Source: Octopus sinensis
Lineage: Eukaryota
Length of the DNA: 64,000 nt
Assembly (NCBI RefSeq): GCF_006345805.1
Contig: NC_043012.1
Span: 2,852,001-2,916,000 of the forward strand
Reading direction: 5' to 3'
Each line of letters begins with the position of its first letter. Within the stretch, counting starts at the first letter, position 1. The position numbers and the translations under genes are program-made. A model generated the notes under the pieces. That model was given only the letters and a program-made list of their open reading frames with translations. It was not told the DNA's origin and did not search any database. Positions 25,448 to 37,769 of the stretch are shown here, piece by piece.

Positions 25448-25809
25448 TCTCTCCCATTATTAGGTGACAACCGTTGCAAGCTCATAGTTTTACACACACA
25501 CACACACACACAAGCAGAAAGAGAAAGAAAGAGAGAGAGAACGAGTGACAATCTTGACCATCGTTGTGATGTATACATATATATGTGTGTGTGTATAACC
25601 TATATGTATATATATATATATATATGTAAGAGGTAAACTGCTGATCTATCATTAACAGTATCACCTATTCATGGATTCTATCAAAATATTACCAATCCAC
25701 GCAGTTTCCTTTACGGCAACTTTTTCTTCCTGAGATTTTGGATATTTGGATTTTTAAAAACCTGTCTGTATCTGCCTGTGTGCGAACACACACACACACA
25801 CACACACAC

Positions 25810-25857
<48 letters not shown>

Positions 25858-26376
25858 TTATTTATTTATATTTATGTGTGTGTGCGCGTATGTGAAAAAC
25901 ATAACGCGAATTGTATGGGAAAGGTTACTATTTCGCTTATTTTTTTATTACATAAAATTATATTTGTGTGTGTGTGTGTGTGTGTGCTTCCTGTGTGTCT
26001 GTGTGTTTGAAAATTTGTGATAAGTTTGTATGCGTCCCACCGGAAACGATTCATGCGCAGTCGCAAATACGAAGGGGGGAAAGAGGAGATAAGGAAAGAA
26101 AAGCGTTGCCTATTTTCTGGCGGGAAAGTTGGAGAATTACAAAGAGACTCGCTGAGGGGAAGGGAAAGTGTGAGAAAAAGACAGCGTGGAAGTTCAGCAG
26201 TTTATGTTGCACACACACACACACACATTCAGAACTGTATACAGATTGCAACCGACAAAGGTGCACACTCGTTAGCACGCGCACACATAAAATCATCTTT
26301 ATAAACAAAATTATTTGCACCTATCAACAAAAATTAAACTTCACACACACACACATTTATACAGCTTATATATATA

Positions 26377-26797
26377 TTTCTTTACTACCCACAAGGGGCT
26401 AAACACAGAGGGGACAAACAAGGACAGAAAAACGGATTAAGTCGATTACATCGATCCCAAGTGCGTAACTAGTACTTATTTAATCGACCCTGAATGGATG
26501 AAAGGCAAAGTCGACCTCGGTGGAATTTGAACTCAGAACGTAACGGCAGACGAAATACCTATTTCTATTTCTTTATTACCCACAAGGGGCTAAACATAGA
26601 GGAGACAAACATGGACAGACATAGGTATTAAGTCGATTACATCGATCCAAGTATGTAACTGGTACTTAATTTATCGACCCCGAAAGGATGAAAGGCAAAG
26701 TCGACCTCGGTGGAATTTGAACTCAGAACGTAACGGCAGACGAAATACCGCTAAGCATTTCGCCTGGCGTGCTTAACGATTCTGCCAGCTCGCCGCC
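26377..26797 (-). mobile_element. SINE family M dimer (tail A + tail A)
   Basis: Two tandem units joined at CGAAATACC (26551-26559). Confidence 0.9.
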
Positions 26798-28326
26798 GTT
26801 GTGATTCGCTCAGCATATAGCATGTATATAAGTGTATATAAATCAACGGAGCCAAGTTGATTTTGGGATTTAAATTCTTCAATGAAAAGTTTTGGGTGAA
26901 AAAAAAAATGAATTAACCTTACTCAAACAGAAAAAAATTGACGACAGATTATTCTCCATCATATCCAATATTCCTGTATCATATCCAAAGTATTTCAGCA
27001 TAAGCCCTGCTCCAGCACGCCTGCAACCGCATGGGAGTGCATTGCTCATGATCCTTGTCAGCCCTCCCAGTCTGTGTAGAACATTACTGTACTTGAAGAA
27101 AAGATGAGTTCGCATTGTACTTTAATAGAAACACAAAGTGATGGTAACAAGGGCAAGTGATCCTGGTTTCCAATAAATAGTTTAAATAAACATGCCTGTT
27201 ACAGCTCTTGTCTAGTATTGTAAAACATGTGCCATCTTCCTTCTGTAATTATGCTCACATCCACCGCAATTTTTATCTCGCTAATTTGTAGCCTTCACGA
27301 GTAGTCTTTGAAGGTTATCATTTGCTTAGACTCTGGTCAACTATAATCGAATTGACGTTATGAACTCGGCTGAGCTTATTCTCTCTAGATAGAAGAGCAT
27401 TCTTGGGAGGTGGAGAAAATATTTCGCTAATCTCCGAAATCTGGTCACAATGTAAGAGGACTATTGCTGACCTATTTCTATTGTAAAATTTACATGAATA
27501 CTCTTATTTCTGTCATCATCGAAACAACATGGGTTTTAGACTGTGGAATTAATACTGCTTGTGAAACTGCAAAGCATTTTGGAGATTCAAAAATAGTGTC
27601 AATGTAATTCGTAGAAATTTTCTGCTATTGAATCGTGACGACAATGCTTCTATACTGATACCTACCAAAAATTCAAATCAATGTAATTTACTTTTAATAT
27701 TTGTAGCACAGTCACAATGTGGTAACAGCATAAAAGAAATTAAAAATTAAAACAAGCGGTGTTTTCGTTTTTCCCTTTCGGTCCATCAAGATAATCAGTT
27801 CTGCCAGCCGTCTAACAATTTAATACCTAAATATCATAAACATTCCAATGTATCAAAAAAAACACACACGCCCGTGTACTCATAAAACATCAACAGCTAT
27901 CATAAAACACAGTTATTTATGTCGAAAGATAGTGGTGTCTATCATAAAATGTCTCTCATCGTTCAACTTCAGTCAACAGTATCTTACTACAACTGCAAAA
28001 TATGCCGAGCAGGAAGTTATGCTGCGGGGGTATGTTCTCACCAATTGGAGCTCCCAACCCAGTTTCGATTTCCGGTTGCTTCATGCTTTTGTAAAAGCCA
28101 TAATCATTTCAGTTTTCAATAACAAAAATTCAAAATCACCCAATCTCACCCTCATGGACTTCGTTCCATTATTGCCCCGAAACAGAATGGTGACGCTTGA
28201 AATCCCTTTGATCAGTGGTCTGTTTCATCACAGCTGACCTGAGACTTAACAACAACAACAACAAAAGAACATTAAAAAAGGGAGTCATTTAGTTTGCTAA
28301 TTCTGTATGACTTACTCGGCGAGTGT

Positions 28327-28710
28327 GGAGGCGCAATGGCCCAGTGGTTAGGGCAGCGGACTCGCGGTCATAGGATCGCGGTTTCGATTCCCAGACCGGG
28401 CGTTGTGAGTGTTTATTGAGCGAAAACACCTAAAGCTCCACGAGGCTCCGGCAGGGGATGGTGGTGATCCCTGCTGTACTCTTTCACCACAACTTTCTCT
28501 CACTCTTACTTCCTGTTTCTGTTGTACCTGTATTTCAAAGGGGCCGGCCTTGTCACTCTCTGTGTCACGCTGAATATCCCCGAGAACTACGTTAAGGGTA
28601 CACGTGTCTGTGGAGTGCTCAGCCACTTGCACGTTAATTTCACGAGCAGGCTGTTCCGTTGATTCGGATCAACCGGAACCCTCATCGTCGTAACCGACGG
28701 AGTGCTTCCA
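28327..28710 (+). mobile_element. tRNA(Arg)-like SINE family R (OR1-like), long form
   Basis: A-box TGGCCCAGTGG, B-box GGTTTCGATTCC, hairpinned LINE-like tail ending GTCGTAACCGACGGAGTGC. Confidence 0.85.
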
Positions 28711-30002
28711 ACTCGGCGAGTAATTGAAAGACTAAATCGACCGCAGACCTGGACTTTTTGTGCCCTTAGCAGAGTCCCACGACTTAAATTCAAATTCTTG
28801 TTCTTCAGTTTCTCATGACAGTAACCCACAAGTCGTAGTTCCGTATTTTCATCCCTATCTCTCTAGCCTTGTAGGTCAAACAAAGGTCATGAACGTTTAC
28901 CCTCCCTTTTTGCTATAACTAAATCATCGAGTCCGAAAGGATGAAGGGCAAAGTCGACTTCAACGGAATTTGAACTCAGAACGTAAAGACGGGCGAAACG
29001 CCGCTAAGCATTTTGCCCGGCGTGCTAACGATTCTGCCCGCTGAAAGGCAATGTTTCGGTGGAATTGGAATTGTTTGCTCTTCCACCGCTGACTAAGCCC
29101 CTTCCCAACAAAAAATGTAAAATTGTTGGAATTCATTGCCTCTAAAAACATCTTCAAGAGAAGCCATTTATAAATATTGTGCAACTCCAATCAGTTAACC
29201 TTCAAGCAGCTCCTTAACATATCGAACCTAAGGTACACCACACAGCTCTCCCTCTTTACTCATGCCATGTTTCCATCTTGTTGAGAGCTGTATATGTAAC
29301 TGTATCTGAACGACATGTACTTGTTGTTTAGCCCCGAGCCAACCCTGACTGAGAAAAATTTTGATCAAAAGCTTCCCAGCTATGACCATCTTAACTTCCC
29401 TTTCCACCATAGTAAAACTTTTGGTATACATACAAATAACTGCAAGGCATTTTGTTCGACGCTCTGAGGAGTTTGCCAATCCACCGCCTTACGTTAGAAT
29501 CTAATAATCCTTTATTTTGGCACAAGGCCAGCGTTTTGAGGAGTAGGGAAGCCGATTAAATCGCCCCATCCCCACTGCTCAACTCGTACTTATTTTATCG
29601 ACCCAAGCATTTTGAGCGGCCTGCTGTGATTCTGCCAGCTCAACGCCTTTATTTAGGGTCTAATAATGGTAAGAAATGTAATCTTAGAAAAGAAACATTA
29701 GACACTATAGTTGTGGATATACGAAAAGAAGTGATGGTCACAAGTGGAATGTCCTTTATCGTAGGTTTGCTTGATTAAGGCTGACAAAGAAACAATTGTA
29801 CAGTTGGCCAATCTGATATTTATAGAAACAGTATCTCCTTAAAACCACTCCTCGTCAGAAAATGAAAGATGAGACTTGCCACTTGTCACACTAATCAACA
29901 TGTTGGACATAAAACAATGAAGAAGTCTCTATGTAATTTCTTCGACCCGCTAAAAATAGCTGTTAAATTCTGTTTTCTTAAAAAAAAAAAAGGAAAAGCC
30001 TA

Positions 30003-30383
30003 CCCGTATTTCGCAACGTTCTGAGTTCAAATTCCGCTGAGGTCGACTTTGCCTTTCATCCTTTCGAAGTCGATAAATTAAGTACCAGTTACGCACTGGG
30101 GTCGATATAATCGACTTAATCTGTTTGTCTGTCCTTGTTTGTCCTCTCTGTGTTTAGCCCCTTGTGGGTAGTAAAGAAATAGGTATTAGAAATATAGGTA
30201 TTTCGCCTGCCGCTACGTCCTAAGTTCAAATTCTGCCGAGGTTGACTTTGCCTTTCATCCTTTCGAAGTCGATAAATTAAGTATCAGTTACGCACTGGGG
30301 TCGATATAATCGACTTAATCCGTTTGTCTGTCCTTGTCTGTCCTCTCTGTGTTTAGACCCTTGTGGGTAGTAAAGAAATAGGT
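30003..30383 (+). mobile_element. SINE family M dimer (tail A + tail A)
   Basis: Second unit restarts at GGTATTTCG (30197). Confidence 0.85.
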
Positions 30384-31142
30384 AATACTAATTCAAAGGG
30401 AAACAGAAGTATAGGAACTGCCGGCTGCGTCAAGTTTGGATCGAGTTTTTCACTAATATACATAGTATTTCTGCGAAAGAAATTATACGAAGATAAGCGA
30501 GATGCTGCCAATTTTTCTTGATTACTTTTCTAGCCTCCCCTTTTCTGGGTAGAAATAAACATCATTGTAGGTTTTGACAATGATTCGAACCCAGAAACTT
30601 CGATTTTAAAGATTTGAACTTTTACCAGTGCATTGAATTCGACACTGTAAGCTAAGGATTTTTAACTCAGTGGGTTATATACATTTCCATGTTACAGCAA
30701 GTGTTAAAATAACTTAAAACTAAAGCCTTTTATGATGGAAATTTGATGCATCCACTCAAAATTTTATTACCTTTAACTGTGGGAAGCTGTTTTGTATAGT
30801 AATCTGTCTTTTGTTGAGGAATGTCAATGTTGGAAAATAGCTTTTGTTGAAAGTGTCTACTTTATTATGAGACAATGTGACTTTCAGAAAATATCAATTA
30901 ATTCTATGTTATGATGGATAATTAACTTCATTGCGGTGTATAACCGTGGAATTAAATTACGCAGTTAAAGAATTAAACATGTTTTTCTAGAACACGATAC
31001 AGCACTATTGAGTGGACACGAAACGTCAGTTTTAGGCATTAAAGGCCGCCATGTTAATGATTTGAAGGTATAAGCGATTGGCTGGTTTTATTCGGAACCA
31101 ACTTATATAACGGTATTATAACTTCTGTTCAACAAGTTTGTT

Positions 31143-31593
31143 GGATCTCTTCGGTTTGAACGGCAGTTTTTAACATAATTTCTAGGTAACTAAAAGATTT
31201 TTAACTTCGTATACAGGTAGAATGTGTTCATAAAATATCTTTTTCTCTTGGCTTTATTGAGAAAATTCTGTAGTTTGTAAGATATTTGTTGTTTTTTTTT
31301 CTTCAATTTCTGCAATTTCAACCAATCAAATACGTCTATTGTGGTGAAAACATTCTGTGCCGTATGAATATGTCCCTCGTTTAAGAAACAGATTGGGTTT
31401 ATTTACATTTGTGAAGAAAAAAATATACCCTTTCCCCCACCCCTAACCCTAACCCTAACTCTAACCCTAACCCTAACTAACCCTAACCCTAAAACAGACT
31501 GAAATGCAATAGATCGATACTAGGGTCATAATTATGGGTGACAATTTCATATGACAACGCTAGAAAAAACTGCCGTTCAAACCGAAAAGATCC
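31143..31593. mobile_element. Merlin-like telomere-repeat MITE, copy 3
   Basis: Same TIRs; TSD AGTTTGTT/ATTTTGTT (one mismatch); about 8 CCCTAA units at 31441-31492. Confidence 0.85.
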
Positions 31594-31884
31594 ATTTTGT
31601 TCTTACATCTTATGAGGATGTTGATTTGTGTTTTTGGGCAACCGGAGCAGTAGCATTAGCTGGAGCAGTAACAGTTGTAGCTTAGTACAGTGTGGTCAGC
31701 CCTTATGCAGCAGATCTTATAATCAGATAAGCATAAGTAGTGACCGTCTTGTCATTATTTTCAGACAAAAACACTGACGTAACTGCGTAGTTAAGAAGTT
31801 TGCATTGCAACCACATAGTTTCAGGTTGTCTTGGACAAGTGTCTCCTTTTAGTAGAGGGAAACTGTATGGGAGCCCATCGTATG

Positions 31885-31950
<66 letters not shown>

Positions 31951-32172
31951 TGTGTGTGTCCTTCCCCCAAGAGTGTTAGCGGCAAAGATTCCGATAGAAA
32001 AAGTACTGGACTCAATTTACTCGGCTAAACCCTTCAAGGCGGTTCCCTAGCATGGCTGCAATCCAATGACTTACGACTTTCACAATTAAAATGTTATATA
32101 TATATATAGATAGAAATTTTTTCTACCAGTGGCCTAGTATATATACAAAGTCAAAAGACATATTTTTCATAT

Positions 32173-32365
32173 AAGAGGCAAGCCATTAACAGGTTGCCTA
32201 ACATACTAGAAAGAACAGTCAAAAAGTCCAAACCACAGTTAAGAGCAATTTCGAAGGGTAAATGTATTTATTTTTCATTCCCTTTGGAATTGCTCTTAAC
32301 TGTGGTTTGGACTTTTTAACTGTTCTTTCTAGTATGTTAGGCAACTTGTTAATGGCTTGCTTCTT
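32173..32365. repeat. Inverted repeat with 86-bp arms and a 21-nt loop
   Basis: 32173-32258 versus 32280-32365, few mismatches; near (TA)n. Confidence 0.9.
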
Positions 32366-32384
32366 TGTGTATAAATGTACACTA

Positions 32385-32446
<62 letters not shown>

Positions 32447-32451
<5 letters not shown>

Positions 32452-32645
32452 TAATCCAAACATGAAAACACAAAGAGAAAACACAACAACGCGAGGACGT
32501 GGAACAAATATAGTATTATTGGACGCTCAGGAAGGAAGGAGGGTTTAACGTTTCGAGCGGAGCTCTTCGTCAGAAACACAGGAAAAGGAAAGATCCAGAG
32601 AAGGGAGACGGAGGAAAAAAATCGCCAACGGTACACACGCGATCA
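32447..32645 (-). mobile_element. Penelope-like pseudo-LTR unit, best-preserved copy
   Basis: Collinear with 1450-1661; (TA)n on both sides. Confidence 0.6.
32543..32577 (-). ncRNA. Minimal type I hammerhead ribozyme motif
   Basis: GUUU CUGACGA A GAGC UCC GCUC GAAAC GUU AAAC: intact CUGANGA and GAAA core, 4-bp stems I and II, palindromic AACGUU stem III. Confidence 0.7.
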
Positions 32646-32658
32646 TATATATATAACT

Positions 32659-33051
32659 AGCAGTATCGCCCGGCGTTGCTCGGGTTTGTAAGGGAAATAA
32701 CTATATAAGCATTTTTAGAGATGTAAAGTATAATAGCCATCTCAATATGGCTAACCACAAAGGGGGGTGTTACTGTAGCTTTTTACGTTCTGAGATTTAA
32801 TAATACATTTTTAGAGAGTTACTTCCCTTATATAGTAGCAAAAAAATGCATTAAAAAATGGGCAAAAATGATGGTAATTTTTTTTTAAATCGTAGACTCA
32901 TCGTAGACGCGCACTAATAACCAGAAGGGCTCGATATGAATCACGACTATAAGATACCCGCTTTTGGTTACACTGCACCGCAAAATGTGGGAGTAGTTAG
33001 GAATCTAAATCGTAGGAGACAGACACACAACTTTAGTTTTATATATAAAGA
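32659..33051 (-). mobile_element. Non-autonomous Helitron
   Basis: 5' TC(TTTATATATAAA), 3' hairpin CCCGAGCAACGCCGGG followed by CTAG, inserted between A and T. Confidence 0.75.
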
Positions 33052-33405
33052 TATTGCATATGACTTCTTAAAACAGTGTGTCCTTTCGATTTCAAGGCAG
33101 AAGAATGTATGATTTGGAACAAAGAGTGGTAGATTGGTGGAATCAGTAGAACGGCGTCTACAATAACTACGTCAATTCGTTACAGTTCTTTAAGTTTTGA
33201 GTTCAAATTCCGCCGAGGTGAGGTTTGCTTTTTAGCTTCCTGGACGCGATAAGATAATCCACTGGTGAATAGTGAGACGTTTTAATGCCTATTCTTACAG
33301 TGCATCCTAAATGTGAAACAGATTCTAAAAGACAGCAAGACAAGAGATTTGGTTACTATTTCTCGTAGGTCGAGTGAAGGGAGTAAAAGATCTCACGTCC
33401 ATCAC

Positions 33406-33790
33406 TCTGTATATAAAGCTGAAGTTGTCTGTATGGCAGCTTTGGTAGCCTTCAACTAACACTATCTCCTCCGAGACCCTGCGGCGCAAGTTGACCAAAA
33501 TTGAGAGTATGATAGAAGAAGCTTGCTCTTCATTCCGTAGAGGAAAAAATTCAAATCGGGCCATGTTAACACCAAAAATTATTTACATCAAAAAGGTGCT
33601 GTTTTTCTATGAAAATCCCTATTTTTTACGAATTTTTGACTGCTGTGTCGCCATTTCTCGGTGTATTTAAACCAGAAAAATGTTCCCTTAAAGAGAATAA
33701 CAAGCTACATAATACACAATTTTTACTTTTCAAAAATTCCAATTCTAAAGGGTCGAAACAAACCCGAGCAACGCCGGGCGATACTGCTAG
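33406..33790 (+). mobile_element. Non-autonomous Helitron, second subfamily
   Basis: 5' TCTGTATATAAAGCTGAAGTTGT; 3' 34 bp identical to the neighbouring element, ending CTAG|T. Confidence 0.7.
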
Positions 33791-34192
33791 TATAATATAT
33801 ATGCGGTGGTATGACTAGGATTTTGAATGGCTACCAAACATTTGGCTGACCAATGGTAAATCTGTTGACCTCTAAACTGAAGTACCGAGATACTAGTTGG
33901 TCAATCTAAAACAAAAGAACCTATTTTCTTATATGCTCAAGTTATGAATAAGCTACTTGTATGTTTGTAGATAAGTTCGTGTGTTTTGGATGTGTATGTG
34001 TCTAGATCTACATATGTATGTATTATGTCTCTTTCTCATATGTGTGTGTTTGTTGTTCATACTTGACCTATACAACCTTTCCTAAATCTCGACCGGAAAA
34101 CGAAAGGAACGGCGCGTAGTGCAGTGTTATGATAACAGACTGCGTGCGCGCGCGTGAGTCCGCTCTCACCTCTCCTACTTACACACACACAC

Positions 34193-34244
<52 letters not shown>

Positions 34245-34475
34245 ACACACACACACACACTGAGTAATCGTATGTGTTCATAAATGTTTCGTTTCAGAAA
34301 TTTAAAGTTTCATTTATAATCAGTCCCTTACACCGCCTCAGACTAAGAGCTCTAACGTGCTTGTGCGTATATGTATGCATGTGCATATGTGTGTGCGTGC
34401 GTGTGTATCTATAATTACGTATGTATGTGTATTTGCATATATCTATATATATATATATATATACACATACACATA

Positions 34476-34604
34476 CAGTAGAACCTCGGTTTTCGAACAA
34501 CTCTGATCACGAATAAATCTCCTGTTTTTCTCATATATATATACACACATATATAAAGCACGATTTATTCGAGATGAGAGTTGTTCGAAAACCGAGGTTC
34601 TACT
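34476..34604. mobile_element. Tigger/pogo-type MITE, ~130 bp
   Basis: TIR CAGTAGAACCTCGGTTTTCGAACAACTCT and its reverse complement; TA on the left. Confidence 0.75.
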
Positions 34605-34605
34605 C

Positions 34606-34639
<34 letters not shown>

Positions 34640-35525
34640 GTCTTTTACTTGTTTCAGTCATTTGACTGTAGCCATGCTGAAGCACCACCTCAAGGATTTA
34701 GTCGAAGTCATCGACCCCAGGGCTTATTCTTTGTAACCCTAGTTCTATCGGTCTCTTTTGCCGAACCGGGGACATAAAAGCACTTAGCATCGATCATCGA
34801 TTGTCAAGCAATGGCGTGGGGACAAACACTGACCCACACAATAAACAAGTATATATATACTGCCAGATAGTTCAAATTGCTTCTCATTTGTATTTTCTGG
34901 TGACTCAGTCAAAACTTGTTACGGAAAATACAGTTATTTTGCGCGGGTTGCGAAAGTAACACCCATTGGATACTTTCACCATCACCAACGCAACTAGAAC
35001 GTTTGCCATCCCCGAGCACCCTCAACACCACATATTGCCTACAGCAGACCCAAAAGTAGTGCCACCCCCATAAAAGTGCATCGGCACCCCTCTAGTTATG
35101 CTTATGTTCCACATGGTTGTTCTCTCATTTATCTCTCTTTTTTACTTGTATATCCAGAGAGCTAGACTTGTAGGGTGTGCCTCAATGTTCGACTAGCTAC
35201 ATTGTTTTGCATTTGACATAGATCTTATTTCTTTATTACAAAATTATGACTGGTGTGTCTTCCAAGACCTTGAAGCATTATGATGGTTTTCTTAAAAAGC
35301 TTTAATTGATTAAATTTTAAAAATACGAGGCTCTCTAAGATACTTCTGCAGCGCACCAGTTGTGGAGCACTGCTTCAACAAATATCTTTAACCTTTTATT
35401 ATTTGAAACTGCCATATCAGGCCCAAATATTCTACCTGTTTTATGTTCAAAGTGGCCAGATCTGAACTCCCACGCCTACTCTACAATACCATCCTCAAAA
35501 TAAACAATCATATTAAGGAAACTGT

Positions 35526-35756
35526 GGCGAGCTGGCAGAAACGTTAGCACGCCGGGCGAAATGCTTAGCGGTATTTCGTCTGCGTTACGTTGTGAGTTCA
35601 AATTCCGCCGAGGTCGACTTTGCCTTTTATCCTTTCGGGGTCGATTAAATAAGTACCAGTTACGCACTGGGGTCGATGTAATCGACTTAATACCTATGTC
35701 TGTCCTTGTTTGTCCCCTCTGTGTTTGGCCCCTTGTGGGTAATAAAGAAATAGGTA
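35526..35756 (+). mobile_element. SINE family M monomer, tail A
   Basis: Clean full-length copy. Confidence 0.9.
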
Positions 35757-35867
35757 TAAGATAATGCATGATTAATTCAAAACAATGAGAATAAATAAGT
35801 ATCACATTTGACAAAGAAAGCTGAATACTGAAAGGTTAAAATATAACCAGGCTGATACACATACATA

Positions 35868-36256
35868 GGCGCAGGAGTGGCTGTGTGGTAAGTAGCTTGT
35901 TTACCAACCACATGGTTCCGGGTTCAGTCCCACTGCGTGGCACCTTGGGTAAAAGTGTCTGCTATTATAGCCTCGGGCCGACCAAAGCCTTGTGAGTGGA
36001 TTTGGTAGACGGAAACTGAAAGAAGCCTGTCGTATACATGTATATGTATGTGTGTGTGTGTGTGTGTGTGTGTTTGTCCCCCGCAACATCGCTTGACAAC
36101 TGATGCTGGTGTGTTTACGTCCCCGTCACTTAGCGGTTCGGCAAAATAGACCGATAGAATAAGTACTAGGCTTACAAAGAATAAGTCCTGGGGTCGATTT
36201 GCTCGACTAAAAGGCGGTGCTCCAGCATGGCCGCAGTCAAATGACTGAAACAAGTA
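35868..36256 (+). mobile_element. SINE family K (OK-like), full length
   Basis: A-box TGGCTGTGTGG, B-box GGTTCAGTCCC, CORE-like ACCTTGGG..AAGTGTC, internal (TG)n, 3' CAGTC-AAAT-GACTG hairpin. Confidence 0.9.
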
Positions 36257-36927
36257 CGCACACACACACACATACCAAGAAGGAGAGAGAAAGAGAGCGA
36301 GAGAGAGCAGTGGTTAGCAACCACCGAGATATGGAGTTAAACATTTGATCCTATCCAGTGAATGAGAATGAATCTCACTTACCATCCATTGACAATCAAT
36401 TTGATTCAGAATTAAAGGTCCGACGAACGGTCATTCATGATTTTTAAAAATTTTTTGTTCCAGCTGTAAAACTCCAAGTAATGCAATTCTGAGTCAGGCT
36501 GCTAATACAAGTATGTAAACTTCACAAAAAACGTGTTGAGTGGTGTTTTCCTTCGTTAGCAGACACGCATATGTACCGTCTGCATGAAAGAGAAAGTTAA
36601 GTGGAGGTTAAGATACTTAGTACAGTGAACCAAAAACTGTATTCCAGCAACTGAAATTACAACCGATGTGAAGAGAAATGCTGTTGGGGTGTAGCAAAGG
36701 AAATAACTCTGAAATATAAATTGATTAATAATTAAATGGAGACATGCGGTGAAGAATAAGTCTGATTCTTGGTTGTTGCAGTGACAACTCCAGATGTGTT
36801 CCTGCTTTTTATTAAACCTCCCCAACATATCATGGACAAATTGTAGTCCAACGCGTAAATTAATGCTGTCTCGAGGCCTAGAAGTCATAGGGTCGGCTTA
36901 AATGACGTATAAATGACCAAGATCACC

Positions 36928-37106
36928 ATTCAGTCTGGACGGAACTCGAGTCCATCGTAGGGTAACTCGTTTACAGTTAAGTGGACTAGAGTAACATGAA
37001 ATGAAGTGTTTTGTTCAAAAACAGAACGCACCGCTCGCTCCGGGAATAGAAACCACGATCTTGCCTTAGCGAGTGCAACGCTCAAACCACCAGACCAGGC
37101 GCCTTC
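36928..37106 (-). mobile_element. Family R head with alternative V-like tail
   Basis: Reverse-strand homologue of 43825-44050. Confidence 0.55.
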
Positions 37107-37251
37107 GGATACCCGTCTAAGACTGTTTTACAAAAATAGTAAGGGACTCAAGAATAGTAATACCAATAAAAAAAATGGACTTTATATACGTGTACCTGCT
37201 TTTAGTGACGAAGCCGACAATTTGGTTCAGGAAGATATTCTTTTCTACCCT

Positions 37252-37669
37252 AGGCACAAGGCCCAAAATTTTGAGGGAAAGTGGCCAGTCGATTAGATCG
37301 ATCCCAGTACGCAACTGGTACATAATTTATCGACCCAGAGAGGATGAAAGGCAAAGTCGACCTCGGTGGAATTTGAACTCAGAACGTAAAGACATGTGAA
37401 ATGCCGCTAAGCATTTCGCCCGGCGTGCTAGCGTTTCTTATTTCTTTATTGCCCACAAGGAGCTAAACATAGAGAAGATAAACAAGGACAGACAAAGGGA
37501 TTAAGTCGATTACATCGACCCCACTGCGTAACTGGTACTTAATTTATCGACTTCGAAAGGATGAAAGGCAAAGTCAACCTCGGCGGAATTTGAACTCAGA
37601 ACGTAACGGCAGGCGAAATATCGCCAAGCATTTCGCCCGGCGTGCTAACGATTCTGCCAGCTCGCCGCC
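37252..37669 (-). mobile_element. Two adjacent family M SINEs (tails A and B)
   Basis: 37441-37669 has tail A; 37252-37433 has tail B. Confidence 0.85.
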
Positions 37670-37769
37670 TTGGTTCAGGGAGATATTAAGAAGTAATCGA
37701 GGTGGTACTATAGTGTAGCTGAAGATGTAGCTTGATGCACCGTAAAAATTAAGAGAATTATATTTAATA

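Noticed and set aside
28327-28400. tRNA gene
   Set aside because: It is the head of a multi-copy SINE; acceptor and anticodon stems do not pair properly.
31003-31030. Hammerhead-like CTATTGAGTGGACACGAAACGTCAG
   Set aside because: Core is CUAUUGA rather than CUGANGA, stem II loop is too short and stem I does not pair.
31441-31492. Chromosome end or telomere fusion site
   Set aside because: The tract is internal to a TIR element with TSDs and is present in three copies.
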